In this document: positions 25,201-30,000 of the stretch, one piece after another
How the letters are laid out: each line of letters starts with the position of its first letter
Numbering within the stretch: the first letter of the stretch is position 1
Source: Candidatus Nitrosotenuis aquarius
GTDB taxonomy: Archaea; Thermoproteota; Nitrososphaeria; Nitrososphaerales; Nitrosopumilaceae
Assembly (NCBI RefSeq): GCF_002787055.1
Contig: NZ_CP024808.1
Coordinates: 490,328 to 522,327 of the forward strand
Reading direction: 5' to 3'
DNA: 32,000 nucleotides
The notes under the pieces: generated by a model
Seen by the model: the letters and a program-made list of their open reading frames with translations, nothing else
What the model was told of the DNA's origin: nothing
Databases searched by the model: none
Made by a program: the position numbers and the translations under genes

Positions 25201-25519
25201 TGGAGTTGATTGCAGAGATTTTGTACGTGTATGTATTGCCAGATGTTAATCCAGTGTGGGAATAATATGTAACGGATTGGCTGCCGGTGTTTGCAACCAA
25301 AATAGAATAGCTGCCCGAGCCGATCTTGTATTCAATTTTGTAGCCGGTGATTGCCCCACCGCCATCGTTTGCAGGGGGATTCCAGAAAATGTTTACTTGG
25401 GTGGAAGAAATGGCAGTGGCACTAGGGTTTGTGGGCGGGTCAGGGGCGGTTGCGGCAAACGCAGACCCAAATGAAACAACAATGATAACGTAGGATAATA
25501 CCAGTAGTGATTTGTTCAA
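22250..25519 (-). CDS. large surface protein: signal peptide, 8 fibronectin type III domains, PEP-rich linkers, Cys-box C-terminal module and TM anchor
   Basis: 1089 aa with a TTG start. Eight ~100-aa units carry the FN3 pattern P..L.A.A.S.TQVNLSW.AP.NNGG..ITGYKIEYK.GSG....LV.NTG...T.YSHTGL..GTTY.YRVSAIN..G.S. The tail has PKPEPKPEP linkers and two C-G-x-G-T-x5-6-C hairpins. It also contains YVDRYNSEAAYKAWFDRNFPGKTIYEVVG, GGGCLIATAAHGTELAPQVQTLREIRD and a terminal TM helix (GIGIILLNAGIYLVMPTLAIIIIRNK). Confidence 0.9.
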   Translation of the reverse strand: MNKSLLVLSYVIIVVSFGSAFAATAPDPPTNPSATAISSTQVNIFWNPPANDGGGAITGYKIEYKIGSGSYSILVANTGSQSVTYYSHTGLTSGNTYTYKISAINSIGTSNPSSEVSATPSSSSTGTLPGAPTNLVGVAASPTQANLSWSAPANSGGYPITGYKIEYRIGSGSYTTLVDNTQNTNPTYSHTGLTTNQVYLYRVYTVTAFGTSAQPSNEVVVQPTSSSALTAPGSPTGLGATAVSPTQVNLSWTAPSNNGGSPITGYKIEVKSGSGSYSNLVSNTGNTATTYSHTGLTTGTTYTYRVSAINSIGTSSASSETSTTPTSSSSSSVPSAPTGLVATASSATQVNLSWSAPSNNGGYAITGYKIEYKSGSGAFSNLVANTGTASTSYSHTGLSSGTTYVYRVSAINQIGTSSPSSETSATPTGSSQSASVPGSVTSLVATAASPTQVNLSWGAPSNNGGSPVIGYKIEAKKGSGSFETLVSNSQNTTTSFSHTGLTTGTTYYYRVSAVNSVGTGTQSETSATPKETTTPTVTATAVSPTAITLTWVPPSQTYKQSITGYKIEQKVGQDSYVVLQENAGTATSYTISGLTTGQTYTYVVSAHFTLGASPRSADATATPLSTSNAIPPSQSTTSSTVNPPTNIVATPYSPTRIDLTWKAPTSNGIVGYKIEVKKGPGQFETLTSTQNATTKYSHAGVTTGVTHVYRIYTITSSGTSLASSEASATATLDTVPPATPVTSKPPSPPTLSANLASPNQINLYWTTPTNTGGASITGYTIEYKIGSDQYRTLTAKTTSTTYSHTGLLANTYSYRVYALNPAGASVASNVVTLQTAEQPKPEPKPEPTQCGAGTIFDENTQSCIVAPEPEPIVDPEPIDQGPQTHIPGFPDPTKDPQSYVDRYNSEAAYKAWFDRNFPGKTIYEVVGLPEPEPPVMVCGEGTHLEKGVCIPDEDSGPFGGGCLIATAAHGTELAPQVQTLREIRDNVLFSTNSGTAFMAGFNEFYYSFSPGIADLERQSPIFREIVKTTIAPMLSTLSILSHADIDSESELLGYGIGIILLNAGIYLVMPTLAIIIIRNKIKSGFSKKS
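23006..25450 (-). repeat. 8 tandem FN3-encoding repeats (~300 nt each), intragenic
   Basis: Protein periodicity is read from the translation. The DNA copies have diverged but are alignable, for example around 24400-24480 versus 24700-24790. Confidence 0.8.
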
Positions 25520-25589
25520 ATCTAGTCAGAACAAGCGTTCCAAGATTGATAAACACTTGGAATAAATCATCAGTGATCTTTTGATAAAA

Positions 25590-26036
25590 CTAAACTACAT
25601 CAGACGCTTTGCTGGCAAAGTCGGAATCGTACCATGTTGTTTGGTACTTGCCTGATTTCGGTATGATGTTAATAGCAATGTGTGAAAACGTTTTCCCGGA
25701 TACAGAGCCGTGCGTGTGCAGTGTGTTTTTTGGAATGTAGGCAATGTCTCCAGAGATCAGCTTTAGTGTGCGGGTCTTTTTTATTTTAAAGTGGGACTTT
25801 TTGTTGCCTAGTTTTTTGAAAAACTCAAGGCTTCCTGTGCCTGCAGTTACAATTAGAATTTGGTTGCCGTTGTGCTTGTGTAGTTTTGTTTTTGCATTAT
25901 TTTTGAAATAGACGTGGTATATGTCATGACCTTTGGACTTTATGGTAGAAGAAATGTCCTTCATGTGGACTGGGCCTGTAAACCAGTCAGGGCTTATCGT
26001 TCGTCTATTCCCAGAAGTATAGATGTTTGACTTCAT
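25590..26036 (-). CDS. cupin-domain protein (cupin_2 type)
   Basis: 148 aa. SPDWFTGPVHMKDI...YHVYFKNNAKTKLHKHNGNQILIVTAGTGSLEF...GDIAYIPKNTLHTHGS...FSHIAI is the standard two-motif cupin pattern (H.H...Q ... GD...iP....H). Confidence 0.8.
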   Translation of the reverse strand: MKSNIYTSGNRRTISPDWFTGPVHMKDISSTIKSKGHDIYHVYFKNNAKTKLHKHNGNQILIVTAGTGSLEFFKKLGNKKSHFKIKKTRTLKLISGDIAYIPKNTLHTHGSVSGKTFSHIAINIIPKSGKYQTTWYDSDFASKASDVV

Positions 26037-26067
26037 TGTTTTTTGTTTGAATGGTGTCGATATAATG

Positions 26068-26277
26068 TTATTTTTGGTACGATTCCAGTGATTCTTTTTG
26101 ATAATAAATTATGCAAGACTCGCAAAAAGAATCCCACTCACCAATTCCCTTTTTTGCAAAATAATCCATACACCACGAATATGGCGGGACTTTTCGGTAC
26201 TGGAACTGTTGTATTGTGTAAATGTCCTTTATATCAAAGAGGTTGCTGCACCTGGTGCATTTTGCAGTCTTTTTCAT
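26068..26277 (-). CDS. small Cys-rich (zinc-ribbon-like) protein
   Basis: 69 aa with CTRC ... C ... CESC. Its ATG lies 1 nt after the stop of the upstream 148-aa gene. Confidence 0.5.
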   Translation of the reverse strand: MKKTAKCTRCSNLFDIKDIYTIQQFQYRKVPPYSWCMDYFAKKGIGEWDSFCESCIIYYQKESLESYQK

Positions 26278-26278
26278 A

Positions 26279-26725
26279 TCAACAATATGAGTTGATTTTT
26301 TCCAGTGCTGGCTTTATTTTGTCCAGGTCTTGTTCTGCGGAATTTTTGTCCGTGATTAGCTCGGAATAGAATGCATCGGAGTTTATTTTGGAAATATCAG
26401 ACTGGTAACATGTGAGTGCTTTTTCGATTACCGATATGTCTGGCTCTAGGGCTTTGAGTGATTCAGAGTTTTGTAGTCCGTCGTTGATTTTTGCAATGAT
26501 TGATTCTGCCTGCTTGTAGGACTTCATTGCCTCTTGCTCTATTATCTGTGCAAACATTGGCGCATCCTTGATTTCAGGCGATTTTCTAATGTTGCGTAGC
26601 CTTTTTTTGTAATGGTGTAATGCTCGCAGCACCAGCTCGTATCCACCTTCCTCTTTGAGATAGATTCCGCCAAGCCATACATGCGACATGAGTTTTGGCA
26701 AAAATCCACCACTTGTAAATGTCAC
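26279..26725 (-). CDS. hypothetical all-helical protein (148 aa)
   Basis: Clean ORF. The GTG start overlaps the upstream stop (GTGA at 26722-26725), with an alternative ATG at 26689. No motif recognised. Confidence 0.58.
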   Translation of the reverse strand: MTFTSGGFLPKLMSHVWLGGIYLKEEGGYELVLRALHHYKKRLRNIRKSPEIKDAPMFAQIIEQEAMKSYKQAESIIAKINDGLQNSESLKALEPDISVIEKALTCYQSDISKINSDAFYSELITDKNSAEQDLDKIKPALEKINSYC

Positions 26726-27000
26726 GCATAATCCAGAACGCTTGATATCACATCTAATACGTGCTGATATTCCGGCGTTGCGGGATCTCCCCGAATGACC
26801 AGCGTTCCGTTTTTGTGGAATGAGGCCTTGATGTCCTTTACCCTGGTGTGAATCCTAAAGGACTCCATGATTGACGGCTCTTCTGCATTATAGAATACGA
26901 CGTTAAAGTCGGCCTTGAGTCGGTTTGTTATTATGACAAAATCGTCTTGCGATATTTTTCTGACAAACTCCATGCAGTGTGTGGATGTATTGAACAACAT
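26722..27000 (-). CDS. hypothetical protein, possibly a TBP-fold / RNase HIII N-terminal-like domain (92 aa)
   Basis: KDIKASFHKNGTLVIRGDPATPEYQHVLDVI resembles the '..v.aY.sGk.lfQG.......' strand-turn-strand followed by a helix in the RNase HIII N-terminal (DUF3378) domain. This is a weak by-eye similarity only. Confidence 0.55.
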   Translation of the reverse strand: MLFNTSTHCMEFVRKISQDDFVIITNRLKADFNVVFYNAEEPSIMESFRIHTRVKDIKASFHKNGTLVIRGDPATPEYQHVLDVISSVLDYA

Positions 27001-27141
27001 ATCTCTATTATGCTATTTTTGCATAATATCAGAAAATGGTCGTTACAACAAAGATGTACCACGGAATGGTCAAAGAATCTGAAATCTCACAAATTGGGAA
27101 AGTCGATCTAGAGATGCGAAAAAAGGTCCTGGTTCAATAAG

Positions 27142-27303
27142 TTACCAGAGTCCCCCGCCGCCTTCGTCGGTCATTTTCTTGGCAGGCAGGTGTCCGTGAG
27201 CCTTGTTTATGTGGCGCTTTAATCGCTCTGGGTCGTGCAGTTCCAGTCCGCAGGTCTTGCATTTGGTTTCATTTGTTTCCTGTTTTTTCTTGAATAGGCC
27301 CAT
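27142..27303 (-). CDS. small C2H2 zinc-finger protein (53 aa; below the ORF-track cutoff)
   Basis: My own translation is MGLFKKKQETNETKCKTCGLELHDPERLKRHINKAHGHLPAKKMTDEGGGGLW. It has the exact eukaryote-type spacing C-x2-C-x12-H-x4-H. A TATA box lies about 30 nt upstream. Confidence 0.6.
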   Translation of the reverse strand: MGLFKKKQETNETKCKTCGLELHDPERLKRHINKAHGHLPAKKMTDEGGGGLW

Positions 27304-27366
27304 TGTTTTTGGTATGGCTGTAAAATCCGTTATAAATTATTCTCAATAGATTTTAGGCTGTTTTTT
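27304..27366. promoter_or_regulatory. 63-nt divergent intergenic region with a single near-palindromic TATA element (TTATAAAT, 27330-27337)
   Basis: The box lies about 30 nt from the minus-strand ATG (27303) and about 33 nt from the plus-strand GTG (27367). I see no second TATA-like element in the spacer. Confidence 0.4.
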
Positions 27367-27570
27367 GTGGATCAGTCTGTGAAATGTCAGTGTTTGTGCA
27401 ATTGCAGTGTAGAATTTGAGCCAATAGACAGAGAAAAGCTGCTCAACACCATACAACATGGCAGACTGGACAGAAAACAAATCGAGTTTGCGATGAAAAG
27501 ACTAGACAGTACAATATGTGAGACGTGTTTTGTTGGAAAACACAGGACTAGTTTTTCTGATTTAGTGTGA
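27367..27570 (+). CDS. hypothetical Cys-rich protein (67 aa, GTG start)
   Basis: It has N-terminal CQCLCNC and C-terminal CETC motifs. It overlaps the convergent PII-like gene by 23 nt. Coding status is uncertain. Confidence 0.4.
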   Translation: MDQSVKCQCLCNCSVEFEPIDREKLLNTIQHGRLDRKQIEFAMKRLDSTICETCFVGKHRTSFSDLV

Positions 27571-27823
27571 TTACTGGCGTGAGGGGATTTACATAGATGA
27601 GTCCGCCCTCATCCCCAGAAGAGATTGCCTCTATGACTAGATCTTTTTGTGAATTTTTGCAGATTATTTGTAGTGTTGATCGTGGAACGTAAAAAGACGA
27701 GCCGGACAATTTTGAATTAGAATTCATCTCAGATATGGAATAGTTTTGGATTCCTGCCTGCTCCAGCCTTGTCTTTATCTGTGTCAAATGCGCATTACGA
27801 ATTACAGTATCAATTCTTAGCAA
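27548..27823 (-). CDS. P-II-like (GlnB superfamily-like) small protein, divergent
   Basis: 91 aa with a TTG start. (M)LRIDTVIRNAHLTQIKTRLEQAGIQNYSISEM parallels the P-II N-terminus MKKIEAIIRP.KL..VK.AL...G..G.T..EV. The C-terminal LVIEAISSGDEGGLIYV parallels ...tG..GDGKIFV. The T-loop region is shortened. Confidence 0.45.
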   Translation of the reverse strand: MLRIDTVIRNAHLTQIKTRLEQAGIQNYSISEMNSNSKLSGSSFYVPRSTLQIICKNSQKDLVIEAISSGDEGGLIYVNPLTPVITLNQKN

Positions 27824-27982
27824 TCATTTTCATGACAAATACAACTATAAAAAAGACAGATTGACTGATTAGCGCAATCTATGCTCTTGGCAGTAGATTG
27901 TGAATGTAACATGCAAAAAGTACGAACAAATGATGCATATAGAGAAGATAAACAAAATATAGTTCAAGACTTGGAATCCAAT

Positions 27983-28162
27983 ATGGGAAAAAGCATCAGC
28001 TGTAAAGATGCTGGAAAAACTTGTGGCTGGTCTGCAACCGCTGAATCCGAAGATGCGTTGCTAAAGATCACGTTAGAGCACGTAAAAGAACATCATAAGG
28101 AGTTAACAATCAATTCAGAGCTTGCAAAGAACATCAAATCAATAATGAAAGATACAAAATAA
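27983..28162 (+). CDS. DUF1059-family small metal-binding protein
   Basis: MGKSISCKDAGKTCGWSATAESEDALLKITLEHVKEHHKE follows the DUF1059 pattern (M.k.l.C.d.G.dC.f...a.teeEl.....eH....H). I prefer the ATG at 27983 (59 aa), with AAAATATAG about 25 nt upstream, over the 93-aa longest ORF from 27881. Confidence 0.72.
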   Translation: MGKSISCKDAGKTCGWSATAESEDALLKITLEHVKEHHKELTINSELAKNIKSIMKDTK

Positions 28163-28215
28163 CAAACCCGAATAATTTTACGTTATGATGGTTTGTCTTC
28201 CTCGCAGCATCAAAA

Positions 28216-28634
28216 TCATTTAATTTTAAAAAACAACCAATTCTTTTCTTGCGGTTTAAAATGCAACAGGTAATATTTACCACATAGTTTTTGGCCTTTA
28301 ATGTCAATGACTAGCTTTCTTTTGTCTTGTTCTATAATCTCAAAAGTTCCTCTATCCCAGATGTGGACTGTACCTGCACCATAATTCCCCTCAGGAACTT
28401 ACCCTCAAAAAGTGCATATTCTATTGGATGGTCCGGGACCTATACTGCCAGTCGTTTTTCTCCTATTTTTTGAGGTGGAGTCTTTGGCAATGCCCAGATT
28501 TTCAGTGTGTTGTTGAGTTCAAATCTTAAATCCCAATGCCGTCGTGTTGCAGCATGTTCTTGTGCAATTGTTTCTGGCGGAAGCAAATTTTCAGCGTCCT
28601 CTAGTGACTCATTTTGCAGAATCCGGATTTGCAA
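28216..28634 (-). pseudogene. stand-alone LigD-type 3'-phosphoesterase (PE) domain gene, disrupted by one in-frame TAG and one 1-nt deletion
   Basis: Segment 1 (28634-28441) reads ...IAQEHAATRRHWDLRFELNNTLKIWALPKTPPQKIGEKRLAV and ends in a TAG at 28440-28438. The same frame continues VPDHPIEYALFEGK. After a -1 shift near 28399, it reads VPEGNYGAGTVHIWDRGTFEIIEQDKRKLVIDIKGQKLCGKYYLLHFKPQEKNWLFFKIK*. Joined together, these pieces are collinear with the LigD PE domain (H.A.r.HyDfRLE ... SWAvPKGP ... KRLAv.vEDHPleYa.FEG.IP.G.YGAG.V.iWD.G.y). Confidence 0.8.
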
Positions 28635-28736
28635 GATACATGAAATATTATGTGGTCATTTGTTTATAGAAAATTCAAAATATTTTAGCATTAGTAACAG
28701 AAACCTTTAATCAAACAAACCTAATGTCTTCAATAA

Positions 28737-29684
28737 TTGTACAAAATAGATCTAATTTTGGTAATATCGATTATTTTTCTTACTCCAAACATCATACATG
28801 CACAAGAACAACCAAACAAACCGCTTACATACAATGTTGGAATTCAGCTAGAAAATATCGGCTCAATTGACAGACAAAACGGCTCGTACGAGCTAATTTT
28901 TTGGGTAACTCTAACCTCTGATGAAATTAATTTTACAAAAAACCCACCGCCACAAGAATTTGATTTTACCAATGGCTATGTTGAAGAAATCACAGGACTT
29001 ACAACAGAACCACATTTTCACAAATTCAAAGTAAGAGGCGTTTTCTACAATGACATGGATTTTAGAAACTATCCGTTTGAGAACATTGATCTTGCAATAC
29101 ACATGGAACCGTACTATCCAAACACGCAAGACAAGCTAGTCTTTACAGTAAATTCAGAATACAGCGGAATAAGCAACTCAAAAACAACTAGCGTTCCAGG
29201 ATGGGAGCTAAGCAATCCGCAATTTACCGTAAGCACGGGATATTATCCATGGGGCGAGTTTTCCCATTTTGAGGCTCACTATGATGTTGGCACTTCGGAA
29301 TTTTTGGCATTTATGAAAAAACTATTCCCAGTTGCAATACTGATGGGATTTTCTTTTGCATCGTTTTTGTTATCACCTAAAAACCAGGCAGAAAGACTGG
29401 CAATGATATCTGCAGCATTACTATCTGCAATTTTCTTTCACACCGGATATCTGCTCACAGAATTACCGCCATTAGGATATACGACGTTTGCAGACAAAAT
29501 CATGATAGTTGCCTATGTGTTCTTTATTTTGTGCCTAATTCCGACACTTTTGACAAGATATTATTCGGAAATCAAAAAACAAGAGTTTACAGTAGAACAA
29601 CAAATACTCTTGGACAAAAAGGCAGTAATTAGAACACCAATAGTTTCGTTTGCCTTGTTCATGGTCATCTATTTTCTTTTGTAA
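28737..29684 (+). CDS. prokaryotic pentameric ligand-gated ion channel (Cys-loop receptor superfamily, GLIC/ELIC-like) homologue
   Basis: 315 aa with a TTG start and signal peptide ..TPNIIHA|QEQ. The ~190-aa beta-rich ectodomain contains YNVGIQLENIGSIDRQNGSYELIFWVTL and FRNYPFENIDLAIHMEP, the cysteine-less equivalent of the Cys-loop FPFD.Q core. Four TM helices follow, with a very short M3-M4 loop (M2: ERLAMISAALLSAIFFHTGYLL). Confidence 0.78.
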   Translation: MYKIDLILVISIIFLTPNIIHAQEQPNKPLTYNVGIQLENIGSIDRQNGSYELIFWVTLTSDEINFTKNPPPQEFDFTNGYVEEITGLTTEPHFHKFKVRGVFYNDMDFRNYPFENIDLAIHMEPYYPNTQDKLVFTVNSEYSGISNSKTTSVPGWELSNPQFTVSTGYYPWGEFSHFEAHYDVGTSEFLAFMKKLFPVAILMGFSFASFLLSPKNQAERLAMISAALLSAIFFHTGYLLTELPPLGYTTFADKIMIVAYVFFILCLIPTLLTRYYSEIKKQEFTVEQQILLDKKAVIRTPIVSFALFMVIYFLL

Positions 29685-30000
29685 ATTCTTAGATTTGTCA
29701 TAAAGAGCAGGGTAATAATTTATAAAATATTTACAAAATTCTATTATTCAAGAAACAGAAAACTAGTCGTTATGAATCAAGAATTAACCCTAGATTATCA
29801 AGCGGATTTAGAGTGTGAAGAGCGATGAAATTAGAATTACGGCAAGAAATAGTCCAATTTGAAATTTCATCAACAATAATGATCAAGATTATGATTTAAC
29901 TTCTCTCCAACAAATCCTAACCTGCGTCATAATCTAGTGCATGATCAAATTTGTTCGAAAAGTACGGATTTTTCCCTCACAGGAGGGGGGCTTTGCATTT

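Noticed and set aside
22515-25474. Many plus-strand ORFs of 60-112 aa, and a few minus-strand off-frame ORFs, inside the FN3 gene
   Set aside because: These are antisense or off-frame shadows of a Ser/Thr/Gly/Pro-rich repeat gene. The products are Cys/Arg/Gly-rich nonsense with no start context.
25526-25573. Possible C/D-box sRNA on the minus strand (UGAUGA ... 37 nt ... CUGA)
   Set aside because: There are no recognisable internal D' or C' boxes and no terminal stem. The segment also coincides with the TATA-like box (GTTTATCAA) and spacer of the FN3 gene promoter. The box matches are short enough to occur by chance.
26043-26369. 108-aa and 65-aa plus-strand ORFs overlapping the 69-aa and 148-aa minus-strand genes
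   Set aside because: The minus-strand reading is supported by stop/start coupling with neighbouring genes and by CxxC pairs. The plus-strand products are low-complexity and would break the co-directional cassette.
27036-27140. 34-aa plus-strand micro-ORF (MVVTTKMYHGMVKESEISQIGKVDLEMRKKVLVQ) between the cassette promoter and the C2H2 gene
   Set aside because: It has no motif and no convincing TATA spacing. It lies in the promoter region of the minus-strand cassette and abuts the C2H2 3' end. The evidence is insufficient to call it.
28438-28440. In-frame TAG in the LigD-PE gene as possible pyrrolysine or programmed readthrough
   Set aside because: There is no Pyl machinery in the window, and none is expected in this lineage. 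A second independent lesion (a 1-nt deletion about 40 nt downstream) also breaks the frame. Decay or sequencing error is the simpler reading.
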